A DNA stretch of 64,000 nucleotides, taken from assembly GCA_039649045.1 (NCBI GenBank), contig JBBWZL010000010.1:17811-81810 (forward strand). The letters run 5' to 3'. Source of the DNA: Verrucomicrobiota bacterium. Lineage in GTDB: Bacteria; Verrucomicrobiota; Verrucomicrobiia; Chthoniobacterales; UBA10450. Under the pieces are notes generated by a model. It saw nothing but the letters and a program-made list of their open reading frames with translations. It made no database searches and was not told where the DNA came from. The position numbers were made by a program, and so were the translations under genes. Positions 29,887-38,964 of this stretch are shown here, piece by piece. How positions within the stretch are numbered: the stretch's first letter is position 1; each line of letters begins with the position of its first letter.

Positions 29887-32800
29887 CTAACCAATAACTC
29901 GCGAGCGCCTTGCGAAGCGCTTCCGCTGCGTAAATCCGATCGCGGCCAGCGCGAGCGCGCCGACGATCCAAGTGCTCGGCTCGGGGATCGCTTGCAACGT
30001 AAGAGAAATATCGTTGCCGGCCAATCCGCCACCGAAGTCGTCGAGGTAATTGATCAGGAAAGTGTCGCTGCCTGAGGTCACGGTCCCGCCCTGGGCGAAC
30101 GCTCCGAGGACTGGATCGGTACCATCGTTGACCACGACAAAGAATTTGTCGCCGACTTGGAGACCCCCTCCGGCGATGACCACGATGTTCCCGAGGTTCA
30201 AAGTCACCGAGCCATTCACGACCAATTGATCGTAACCGGTCCCCGGCGTCGTGTTGTTCAGCTCAAGCACGAAATTGGATCCCGAATTCAAGGTCACCGA
30301 TCCGGTCGTGATGATCCCGGTGCTGCTGCCGGGGGCGAGGTTGGCGCCGCTGTTCACGGTTACCGGACCGCCGATGATGCCGTTGCCGCCGAGCGTGGTC
30401 CCGCTGTTATTTACCGTGACCGCGCCGGTGGCTGCCGATTGGTTGCCGTTTACGAGGAGCGTGCCGACGTCAACGGTCGTCGTTCCAGTGTAGGTATTGT
30501 TGCCGCTGAGAACGAGCGTGCCCTGACCGATTTTTGCCAGGTTTCCGCCGCCATTGATGATCCCTGCGATGCCGAAGGTATTGGCGTTGCTGTCGAATGT
30601 TGCGGTCGCTCCGCTGGCGATATTGATGTTGCGAGTGGCACCGAGCGTGATCGCGGCCGCATCCGCCCGCAACGTTGGCCCGATCGAATCGTTGTTCGTG
30701 TTGAACGCGCTTGAGTTAAAGAAGACGTTGTTCGTGGCTGTCGTCGGCGCGAGACCCAGGCTGCCATCCCCAAAGATACCCAGGATGCCGCCGCGAATCG
30801 TAGTGCCATTGGGATTCAGGGCGGCGGGATTGGTGCCCGTATAGGTGTTGCTCGTGCCTTGGAGAATCAACGTGCCCGATCCGTCTTTCACCACCGAGCC
30901 GCCGGTGGCGAGACTGCTACCGAGAACCTCATTGATTCTCACCGTGCCTTGAATCGAATAGGTATCCGCGTTGTTCCCGCGCAGGTTCGAGTTCATCATA
31001 AACGCGTTGTCCAACACGTCGATGGTGCCGCCTTGAAAGAGAAGAATGCCGGGGCCGTTGGCCACCGTACTCCCAACCGCAGCCGATTGAACCGTCAGGT
31101 CGGTATTCAGGGTGATATTTCCCGTCCACGTATTCGTGTTCCCGCTCGTCGCCAGCCCGAGGATGGTGCGCGTTCCCTCGGTGCCGCTGGCCGACGCCTG
31201 CACGATCGTCGGATTCGCAATCGTTTCTCCGCCAGCGGTGTCGCCAAAGGTAAACATGGCGGACGGGCTGTTTATGGCCGTGTCGCCGAGGCGGATCGTG
31301 CTGGCAGTGGCGAGCGATCCGCTCGGAGTAAGGAGAAGTTCCCCGGCCGCGATCGTAGTGCTGCCGGTGTAACCGTTCGAGCCGGACAGGATCAGGATGC
31401 CCGAGCCAGTTTTCGTTAGGCCGCCGGTGCCCGAGCTCGTGCCCGCGTAGGTGAAGATGTTTTCGTTATTAGCGCCGACCGTGAGAGTGCCGCTGCCCAA
31501 AAGAATTGACGCTCCGGATGAACCGTTGAGCGCATCAAAAGTCTCCGAGCTATTATCCAGATTGAGTACGCCGGTATCGTTGACCGTCACGTCGGAAGTG
31601 TCCTTGATTTGGTTGCTGTGGTTCCAAGCGAGTATTCCCGTTCCATTCACCAAGACATTGCCCGCGATTGCATCTGTGCCTGCGGTCTTGGTGAGCACGG
31701 CCGTGCCGGCGCTTACCGTTGTCAGTCCGGTATAGGTGTTGGCGTTGGCATCCTGGTTGCTTCCGGTTGTGCTGGTGCTTCCGATGTTCAAAGTTCCGGC
31801 ACCGAGTTTCGTTATTCCGAAACCTCCGGAAACGGCCCCTATGAGATCGACGGTTACTGTGTTGTTCACCGTGAATTGATTCGTGCGCGTCAAAACAATT
31901 GTGTTCGGGGTCGTCAGCAAGCTCGCGCCAGCACCGGTCCCAGAGTAAAGCGTGTTGAGCGCAATCCGACCGGATGCACCGGTTGTGGCAAAAATGATGT
32001 CGCCGTCGAGACTGATATTATTTTCGATCGTGCGCGGCGTACTTGAGGCAGCGTTCGTTTGTAGCGTTACGACACCGGCCGCGGAGCCGATATTGAATGT
32101 GCCCGTCCCAACCGCTCCGGAAGCGAGAACTCCACTCGTCACGACGGAGGAAATGCCGAGCGTGATTGTCCCGCCGGTCAAAGAGGTGCCGCCAGAGTAA
32201 GTGTTCGCGCCCGATAGGGTCAGAGTTCCCGCCCCACTTTTCACGAGCGATATCACTCCGCTTCCGTTGCCAATTACGCCGCTGATCGTGACGAGACCAG
32301 TAGAAGTGCTGAGCGTCTTGGTGCCGGCAGTCGCAGCCGTAATCCCTCCCGAGCTGAGAGTCAGCGTGTTGGCTGACGCATTCGTAATATCGAGGGAAGT
32401 GGTCAACGTCACCGGCGCGGAAATTGTATTGTTGTTACTCGTGCTCAATTGATTGAGCTGCGCGTTGGCGCCATCTCCGTCGAAATTCAGAATGCCAGCG
32501 GCGGTTCCAGCCGAGATCGTAAAGGTGTTCGAGCCATCACTGTCGCCAATATCCAATCGCCCGACGGTTTTCACCGCGGTGCCACCGTTACCTGTGTTGA
32601 ACAGTGTTATGGTAGCATTTGCGGTCGGGTTTGTGTTGATCGTAACGTAGATGCCCGGCGCACTTGGACCTCCTGTTGGGGCAGTTGGAGTCCAGTTGGT
32701 GGTTGTGCTCCAGCTTGAACCGCCATTCACATTCCACGCGAAATCAACCGATCCTGAGAGTGCGGATGGCACAGCGGCCGGCGATGTCTTCGATGAAACG

Positions 32801-33216
32801 AAACCCGTGGCCGGCGCGAAACCATTCAACTGATTTGGATTGAAGAGAACGTAGCCGCCCGAAGTGGGCGCGTTAAAGTTTCCCCCTGTTTCGAAGCCGA
32901 GGCGGTCCCCTGAACTTTCGAGCAATGAATACCAGGCGAGACGCGCGCTTCCGGACGAGTACCCCGGGAGCACATTCATCAGCCACTCGGGCGCCGCCTG
33001 CGCCGGCGAGTACTGGAAGTTCGCGGGCACGGGTCGCGCATCGGGCTGCGGGGCCAGCGCCTCATCAAACAGGAAATCGCCTTCCTCCGAATCATATGCC
33101 AGGGGCGACTGGAACATGCCCGAGAGCGCGCAGACGTATCCGGTCATGCTCACAAGGAGAATCGCCGCCACTGCGAGTCCCGCCACGGGTGCCCCACCAC
33201 GATTGTCTTTCTTCAT
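29887..33216 (-). CDS. PEP-CTERM-anchored protein with autotransporter-associated beta-strand (PATR) repeats
   Basis: Repeated ..GTLTLSGANTYSGGT..-type units. C-terminus IPEPSTWIVGALALAAIGFTQRKRFARRSR (PEP motif, TM helix, basic tail). Trimmed to ATG 33216 (MKKDNRGG..). Confidence 0.85.
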   Translation of the reverse strand: MKKDNRGGAPVAGLAVAAILLVSMTGYVCALSGMFQSPLAYDSEEGDFLFDEALAPQPDARPVPANFQYSPAQAAPEWLMNVLPGYSSGSARLAWYSLLESSGDRLGFETGGNFNAPTSGGYVLFNPNQLNGFAPATGFVSSKTSPAAVPSALSGSVDFAWNVNGGSSWSTTTNWTPTAPTGGPSAPGIYVTINTNPTANATITLFNTGNGGTAVKTVGRLDIGDSDGSNTFTISAGTAAGILNFDGDGANAQLNQLSTSNNNTISAPVTLTTSLDITNASANTLTLSSGGITAATAGTKTLSTSTGLVTISGVIGNGSGVISLVKSGAGTLTLSGANTYSGGTSLTGGTITLGISSVVTSGVLASGAVGTGTFNIGSAAGVVTLQTNAASSTPRTIENNISLDGDIIFATTGASGRIALNTLYSGTGAGASLLTTPNTIVLTRTNQFTVNNTVTVDLIGAVSGGFGITKLGAGTLNIGSTSTTGSNQDANANTYTGLTTVSAGTAVLTKTAGTDAIAGNVLVNGTGILAWNHSNQIKDTSDVTVNDTGVLNLDNSSETFDALNGSSGASILLGSGTLTVGANNENIFTYAGTSSGTGGLTKTGSGILILSGSNGYTGSTTIAAGELLLTPSGSLATASTIRLGDTAINSPSAMFTFGDTAGGETIANPTIVQASASGTEGTRTILGLATSGNTNTWTGNITLNTDLTVQSAAVGSTVANGPGILLFQGGTIDVLDNAFMMNSNLRGNNADTYSIQGTVRINEVLGSSLATGGSVVKDGSGTLILQGTSNTYTGTNPAALNPNGTTIRGGILGIFGDGSLGLAPTTATNNVFFNSSAFNTNNDSIGPTLRADAAAITLGATRNINIASGATATFDSNANTFGIAGIINGGGNLAKIGQGTLVLSGNNTYTGTTTVDVGTLLVNGNQSAATGAVTVNNSGTTLGGNGIIGGPVTVNSGANLAPGSSTGIITTGSVTLNSGSNFVLELNNTTPGTGYDQLVVNGSVTLNLGNIVVIAGGGLQVGDKFFVVVNDGTDPVLGAFAQGGTVTSGSDTFLINYLDDFGGGLAGNDISLTLQAIPEPSTWIVGALALAAIGFTQRKRFARRSRVIG

Positions 33217-33501
33217 GATTCTTGAAGGAATTGAGGTTCCCCACGAGAACACCCGTTCCGTGGCGAATTGTCGACAAGAAACTGCAATTTCCAGACAATT
33301 TTTTTCCGGACGGTGGTTTTGCTGGGGAACGCGTGCTGAAGGCCGAGCAGCTTAACCGCGGATTACCCGCCTTTGCCCGGGACGGGCTACGCCGTGGCGA
33401 GCGCAGATGACGCGGATGGAGGGAAGCTGTCCGCCGTACTCCTGGCGAAGGAGGATTAACCGATCACTCGCGAGCGCTTCGCGATCCTGCCCCTCAGCGT
33501 T

Positions 33502-36500
33502 TCAGCTTTTTAGCGTTTCAGTTTTTCTGTTGAAGCGCTTGCGCGACATGAACCCGATCGCCGCCAGCGCGAGAGCGCCGCCGATCCAGGTGCTCGGCTC
33601 GGGGATGGCGGTGAGAGTCAATGAGATATCATTGCCGGGCGTGAGGTCGCCGGTATCGACGTAGTTAATGGCGAAAACATAACCGTTGTCGGCGGTCACA
33701 GTGGCACCTTGCGCAAATGTGCCAGTGTTGGTTGTAAGGCTGCTGTTTTCGAGAACGAAAAACTTATCCAAAAGCTGAAGACTATTCGACGCCGTGACGA
33801 CGATGTTGGCACCGGTCAGAACAATCGCGCCGGAGGAGATGACTTGATCGTACCCAGTGCCGGCGGTAGTGCCATTAAGATCGACCGCGAAGTTCGATGC
33901 GGCGACGAGCGTCAACGCTCCGGTATGCAATATTGCGGTTGTACCGCTGCCATTGCCTGACGTGCCAGGCGATAGTTTTGCATCTGGGTTTATGGCAACC
34001 TGCCCGGTAATACCGCCGACACCTGTAGTTGTTCCCCCAGATAATATCGTCCCGGCGTTTGAAACAACGACCGAGCTCGTGCCCGTGCCAGACCCTGTCG
34101 TGTTAACCACGAGTAAGGTACCGCCGGTGACGCTGGTGCCGCCCGAATAAATATTTGCGCCACTGAGTGTCCAAGTTCCCGCTCCGGTCTTGTTGACTGT
34201 AGTGACGTTCGTTGAAGTGCCGTTGGCAATGACGTCGCTTTCGGAACCCGTGGTTGATCCGGTAAGAGTTAGCGTGGTCGTTCCGGAGGTACCAGCGCTA
34301 GTGACACCACCGCTGAGGGAAAATGTCGTCGCACCTGAGGCGTCGAGGCTGCCTGCGCCGCCAGTCGCGCCGGTGAGATTGATCACGCGATCGCTACTGC
34401 CCGCAGTGCTACCCGTATATTGCAGGGTTCCAGCCAGATCAATGATGCTGTTCGCCCCGACTGCCGGTTCGCCCAACGAATTAGGCGTGGTGCTGCCAGC
34501 GTTCTGAATCGAATTGATCGACAGAGTGCCAGCAGTAATAGTTGTTTTCCCAGTGTAGGTATTCGCGCCGGAAAGGACCATCGTGCCAGAGGACTGCTTG
34601 CTAATGCCGCTGGAACCTGAGCCATCTTGGATGATCGAGCCTATCGTCAGCTCAGTTGTCGTGGCGGTGGAGTCGCCGATGCTAAACGTGCGCGTTCCAT
34701 TCAAACTGACTGCCCCGGCGCCTGAAATTGTTGCGCTGTTCGGATTGTTAGTCTGGGAATACGTGACCGTGCCGCCGAGGTTCAGCGTGCCGCCGCCAAG
34801 GGTTATGTTGGGAGTTGTAGCGGAGCCACCCCCGAGCGTGATGTTCCCAACCGTTTGTGTAGTACCGTTTAGATCAAGCGTTCCGCCGCGGAGGATTAGG
34901 ACATTAGAGGTGGAGCCGAGGGTTCCAGCACCTGAAAGCCGCAGCGTGCCAGCGTCTGCAGACGTAGAGCCAATCGTGGTGCCAGCGGCATTACCGGAGT
35001 AGCTGTTGGCAGCTGTAAGAAGAACAGTACCGGTACTCAGGTCGATAAACCCCCCTGTCGTGCCGCTACCGTTGCTGATGATTCCGCCGAACGTCGTATC
35101 GCCCGTGCCGGCGATCGTCAAAGTTCGCGCGGTCGAGCTACTCGACAGGTTGAATGCCCCGAGCGTGAACACCTTACCCGCCCCAATGTTGTTCGTTATT
35201 TGATTCGAATTCGTCTGCGTCCACGTGCCGCCCAACGTCAGGTTTTGGGAACCGTTGATCGTCGCGTCTGTCGTTATCGCCACAGCGTTATTCAAAGTGT
35301 GACTCGCGCCGACGGCCTGCACCGCGATCCCCGTTCCGGTGTTGGTAAGCGTAAATGTGCCGGTGCCTAGCGGTCCATTGGTAATGGCGCCAGTTGAATC
35401 GGCACCGAGGGCAACCGTTCCGGAGTTGAGCGTAAAACCGCCACCAAATGTACTCGCTCCGGAAAGCGTCAAGGTTCCGGTGCCGGCGTAGGTGAGCTTG
35501 CTGGCAGTAGCGGTGCTGCCATTCGAAACTATTCCAGTAATAGTGACGTTGCCCGTGCCGTTAAATATACCGGTGCGGCTGGTGGCGGTGTTAGCGAGAG
35601 CGTAGCTTCCTAAGGAAAAAGTGTTCCCGGCGCCGTTAACCGTAGTCGTTTGTGTGCCACCGACAGTGTTAGTCATGAGGCCACCCAACGTCAATGTGCT
35701 GCCGACTCCATTAAGAGTGATCGTTCGACTACCAGCATTAGTTATTGCACCAGTTCCTAAATTCAGATCCTTTGTTCCCCCAAAGGTGAAATTGCCGCCT
35801 AATGTAATTGCGTTGTTGGTTGTGAGCGTAATCGCGCCCGCCGTTGTGTTGTCGATCGTTGTGCCAACGTTGATCGTGAACGCACCGGTACCTATCGCAG
35901 ACGTATTATTAATGTTTAATGTGCCGCCCGAAAGCGTCGTGCCGCCGCTGTAGGAGTTTCCTCCGGCAAGTGTTATCGTTCCAGCGCCTGGCAGATTCAA
36001 CGTGATACCGGAACCGGATATTCCGCCATTTATGATAAGTGTGCCACTAGCGCCCTGATTAAAAGTGGAAATGCCGCCACTAACCGGGGCAAGAATTATG
36101 GAAGCGTCGATTGTGTTTGTGCCAGTGCTGACGGAAGCGATGGCAGCCGAGTCTGAGTTAGTGAGTCCAGTAGTTGTTGTAGCTTGATTCGCAGTCAGCG
36201 TAAACGTCGCAGCGCCGGTGCTTGTGATATCGTATCCAGAAGAGGCCGCCGACGAGAAATAGAGAGCTGCGATGTTAACGGAGGCGCTTAAATTTGGCTG
36301 CGTTACAGCCGCACTTGTGAACCACCCTACGTCTCCGACACCCGGCGCCAGACCGCCGGTGCCGGCGGACCAATTCGCATTCGTGTTGAAGTCGGTTCCC
36401 GTGTTACCCCAATCCCTTCGGGCATCGACAGGTGTTGCCGAGGGCATCGGAATGGGCGTCGGCGATCTTTTTGACCCAGTGACTGTAGCCGACGGCGACG

Positions 36501-36717
36501 CGCTGGCGGAGGGTGAGGGCTTGGCGGTGGGTGTCGGCGAAGGCTTCGGCGCGCTCAGCGCGGACGAGGCGACGAGGAAAGTAGAAAGTAGGAAGTAGGA
36601 AGTAGGAAGTAGAACGGAGCGAACCAAGAGGGAAGAAAACGCCGAACGCCCAAGGCCCAACGTCCAACGTCCAATGACAAAAGCAGAGGTGAGAGATGTG
36701 GGAATTACGCGAATCAT
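33502..36717 (-). CDS. PEP-CTERM-anchored PATR-repeat protein
   Basis: PATR units throughout. C-terminus IPEPSTWIGGALALAAIGFMSRKRFNRKTETLKS. The N-terminal ~45 codons are encoded by heptamer word arrays and the start codon is uncertain. Confidence 0.8.
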   Translation of the reverse strand: MIRVIPTSLTSAFVIGRWTLGLGRSAFSSLLVRSVLLPTSYFLLSTFLVASSALSAPKPSPTPTAKPSPSASASPSATVTGSKRSPTPIPMPSATPVDARRDWGNTGTDFNTNANWSAGTGGLAPGVGDVGWFTSAAVTQPNLSASVNIAALYFSSAASSGYDITSTGAATFTLTANQATTTTGLTNSDSAAIASVSTGTNTIDASIILAPVSGGISTFNQGASGTLIINGGISGSGITLNLPGAGTITLAGGNSYSGGTTLSGGTLNINNTSAIGTGAFTINVGTTIDNTTAGAITLTTNNAITLGGNFTFGGTKDLNLGTGAITNAGSRTITLNGVGSTLTLGGLMTNTVGGTQTTTVNGAGNTFSLGSYALANTATSRTGIFNGTGNVTITGIVSNGSTATASKLTYAGTGTLTLSGASTFGGGFTLNSGTVALGADSTGAITNGPLGTGTFTLTNTGTGIAVQAVGASHTLNNAVAITTDATINGSQNLTLGGTWTQTNSNQITNNIGAGKVFTLGAFNLSSSSTARTLTIAGTGDTTFGGIISNGSGTTGGFIDLSTGTVLLTAANSYSGNAAGTTIGSTSADAGTLRLSGAGTLGSTSNVLILRGGTLDLNGTTQTVGNITLGGGSATTPNITLGGGTLNLGGTVTYSQTNNPNSATISGAGAVSLNGTRTFSIGDSTATTTELTIGSIIQDGSGSSGISKQSSGTMVLSGANTYTGKTTITAGTLSINSIQNAGSTTPNSLGEPAVGANSIIDLAGTLQYTGSTAGSSDRVINLTGATGGAGSLDASGATTFSLSGGVTSAGTSGTTTLTLTGSTTGSESDVIANGTSTNVTTVNKTGAGTWTLSGANIYSGGTSVTGGTLLVVNTTGSGTGTSSVVVSNAGTILSGGTTTGVGGITGQVAINPDAKLSPGTSGNGSGTTAILHTGALTLVAASNFAVDLNGTTAGTGYDQVISSGAIVLTGANIVVTASNSLQLLDKFFVLENSSLTTNTGTFAQGATVTADNGYVFAINYVDTGDLTPGNDISLTLTAIPEPSTWIGGALALAAIGFMSRKRFNRKTETLKS
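36581..36677. repeat. two heptamer word arrays (GTAGGAA x5 at 36581-36615; CCAACGT-type x5 at 36643-36677) inside the 5' end of 33502..36717
   Basis: Direct reading of the sequence. On the sense strand they encode ..IGRWTLGLGRSAF..VLLPTSYFLLSTF.. Confidence 0.85.
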
Positions 36718-36825
36718 GACCGGAAAACTACGGAAGTGCGCATCACATCCCTTTCCGCAAAGCGTGTCAACGAAATTTCCAGAATTATCTAAGAAAAGTT
36801 ATTCACACGTAAGAAGGCGGGGGAA

Positions 36826-36854
36826 GTGACGCGTGACGAGTGACAAGTGAAGTG
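36826..36854. repeat. heptamer word array GTGACGC/GTGACGA/GTGACAA/GTGAAGT
   Basis: Four phase-locked units in the intergenic region. Confidence 0.8.
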
Positions 36855-36867
36855 TTTTTGAGGGAGA

Positions 36868-36902
36868 GCCTTGCCAAGACGGAGCCTTGGCGGAGGCTGG
36901 AG
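36868..36902. promoter_or_regulatory. conserved GC-rich hairpin motif, copy A (GCCT-T-GCCAAG-N7-CTTGGC-GG-AGGC-TGGAG)
   Basis: Same architecture as 40653..40688 and 43400..43435. Lies ~150-185 nt upstream of PEP-CTERM gene 33502..36717. Confidence 0.5.
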
Positions 36903-37031
36903 ATGGCGACTTGGAGACGGCACGCCCTCGTGTGCCGCGAGATTTTGATTGGGACGAGGGAACAATCGGCACGAGGGCGCGCCGGCCCAGCGAGCGATCA
37001 GGGGAATACGGTCGAGACCGGGGCGGCCGGA

Positions 37032-37634
37032 CTATTGTTTCATCCCGGGAAGCTTTTCGAGCTTCAGGGTGGCCTTGATGTCGTTCCTCATGCCCTGTCG
37101 GACCGCCCAGCCTTTGCCTTGCAGACCTTCGGGTCCTTCGATCTCAGTCCGTTTGCCATCTTTTTTCAGGACCGCGAGCCGGGCGCAGCCCCAATACTGC
37201 ATTTGGTCGCCGCCCGGTTCTTCGAAGTGAGCGAAGGAAAGCGCCATCGTGCCATCGGCGATCTGGTAAATAAAGAGGTGGAACAAAAGAGGCGCGCCGA
37301 GGTTTGGCCGCTCGATGGAATAATAGCCGGAGATGACGATTTCATTCGCCATTTTGATCGCGTAGGCATCCCAAGCCCCGTTAAGATCCGAGCGGACCAC
37401 TTGCGCTCCCACCAAACGAGTACCCGTGAGATTGCCGCGAACGGCGATCCATCCCTGAAGGGGTGAAACCAGAAGGCTTTTGTAAAATTTGGGACTGATC
37501 GATCGCTGCAAGACGCGGGTGGGGACAACGTTTAGCTCGGTGATCCTGCGGCCCTTGGCGATCGGCAGCGCCGCGTTGCTGCTGCTGAGAGAATTGAAGA
37601 GAATAAGTGCAACGAGTAACGTGATCGGCTTCAT
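37032..37634 (-). CDS. secreted hypothetical protein
   Basis: Trimmed to ATG 37634 (MKPITLLVALILFNSLSSSNA signal peptide). No recognisable domain. Confidence 0.55.
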   Translation of the reverse strand: MKPITLLVALILFNSLSSSNAALPIAKGRRITELNVVPTRVLQRSISPKFYKSLLVSPLQGWIAVRGNLTGTRLVGAQVVRSDLNGAWDAYAIKMANEIVISGYYSIERPNLGAPLLFHLFIYQIADGTMALSFAHFEEPGGDQMQYWGCARLAVLKKDGKRTEIEGPEGLQGKGWAVRQGMRNDIKATLKLEKLPGMKQ

Positions 37635-37705
37635 GCGCCGATTTTGGTCACGCGAAGGGTAAACGGTCAAGACAGTTCGCGGGGGAAGCGAGGGAAGTCC
37701 CGAGG

Positions 37706-37768
37706 CGAGGATCGAGGGTTGAGGATCGAAGATGGAGGTCGGAGGTCGGAGGTCGAGAGACCGAGAGG
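37706..37768. repeat. heptamer word array (CGAGGAT.., GGAGGTC x3, ..) ~9 units
   Basis: Constant 7-bp phase from 37706 to 37768, upstream of 37032..37634. Confidence 0.8.
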
Positions 37769-37967
37769 CCAAGACGATTTAGATTGCACTGCGATGGGCG
37801 GTCGACCTAGGGTCGCTTCCAACACTTCCTCCATGCCGGTCTTATCTTCGCCATGCACGCTCACCAGGCGAAACTCCCCCCTCTGTTTCCCGTAATTCTC
37901 GTCAGACGAATTCGATTCATCACTCAACGCGAAGCTCCTCTGCACCGAACCTAAACCGAACCGACTT

Positions 37968-38777
37968 ATGGCCGAACCGAACGAGGGAAATCAACAGCAA
38001 GGATCTGGGGCTCCAGCAACGCCGGCTCAGATAGTAGCGCCGAAACCTGATCAATCGAGCGGCCACGCCAAAGCTAAAGAGGGCGATGGCGGGGAAACGA
38101 AGTGGAGAAGATTTGTGAGCGCATGGCCAGCTCTTAGCTCATTCGCAATTGGGGCCGTCGGTGTTGGCCTCGGTATGGTTATCATGTGGGGCTTATTCAG
38201 CCCCAATTCCATCGTTCGCCAGCTCGGCAATGCGGATTTAGCGCGAGGAGTAATCACATTTATTTTCGCCATTGGTACTATTGGCATCGCGCTCCTCGTC
38301 ACGCTCGGCGCGTTAATTGGCGACCATCAGGGCGACCAATTAGCGAAGGCGAAGGAGGTCCTGACCGTTCTTATCGGCGTCTTTGGTACTATTTTGGGAT
38401 TTTATTTTGGCACGGCTGCGAATGGAAATGCCCAGAAGCTGGAGTTCGCGGAGATCAAGATCGAGAAGAATCAGTTGATGACCCATGTGGCAGGTGGCAC
38501 TCCACCTTACCGGTTCTCGATCACGCCCAGCGAAAACGAATTCAAGCCGATCAAAGACATCTCGACCGATGGCTGGATTGTCAAGGCGATCGACCCTGTT
38601 CCGACGAAGGGAAAGATCACCGTGGACGTTACCGATAGCCGCGACCTGAAAGGTTCGCGCGATCAGACGGTGTCCGCCGCATCGCCAACGCCGCCGCCGA
38701 GCGCAGCGGCGGCCACGCCCGGGACGCAAGTGTCGCCGACCCCCACAGCGACGCCGAGTCCGACGGCAAAACCATGA
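37968..38777 (+). CDS. membrane protein, hypothetical (3 predicted TM helices, C-terminal Pro/Thr-rich tail)
   Basis: Hydrophobic segments FAIGAVGVGLGMVIMWGLF, VITFIFAIGTIGIALLVTLGALI and VLTVLIGVFGTILGFYFG. Confidence 0.55.
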   Translation: MAEPNEGNQQQGSGAPATPAQIVAPKPDQSSGHAKAKEGDGGETKWRRFVSAWPALSSFAIGAVGVGLGMVIMWGLFSPNSIVRQLGNADLARGVITFIFAIGTIGIALLVTLGALIGDHQGDQLAKAKEVLTVLIGVFGTILGFYFGTAANGNAQKLEFAEIKIEKNQLMTHVAGGTPPYRFSITPSENEFKPIKDISTDGWIVKAIDPVPTKGKITVDVTDSRDLKGSRDQTVSAASPTPPPSAAAATPGTQVSPTPTATPSPTAKP

Positions 38778-38964
38778 ACGCCAAGTCCTGTGCTGCAGTC
38801 AGAGCTCAGAGGTCGGAGTTAGGCCGTCCGATCGGAAGAACGAGCGAAGCTTCGGGGTCATTGGAATCTCCCGTTTCATACTTTGGTCACTCATGCTCCC
38901 ACGCTCGCGCCAGCTACGCTAGCTACGTGACCGCCTACCCGCTGGCTTCCCAGCTCAGCGTGTT

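Noticed and set aside
33702-33714. Sigma-54-like TGGCAC...TTGCGC
   Set aside because: The spacing between the GG and GC elements is wrong (1 nt instead of ~5 between the hexamers). It also lies inside a coding region on the non-coding strand.
30157-36598. Many plus-strand ORFs (80-190 aa, Val/Pro-rich) overlapping the two large minus-strand PATR genes
   Set aside because: They are antisense readings of the Gly/Thr/Ala/Ser-rich repeat proteins, with no start context, no domains and mutual overlap. The minus-strand ORFs have clear PATR repeats and PEP-CTERM tails.
36840-37466. 208-aa plus-strand ORF overlapping 37032..37634
   Set aside because: It has no signal, domain or start context. The minus-strand ORF has a clean ATG and signal peptide, and the 5' part of the plus ORF runs through repeat and hairpin DNA.
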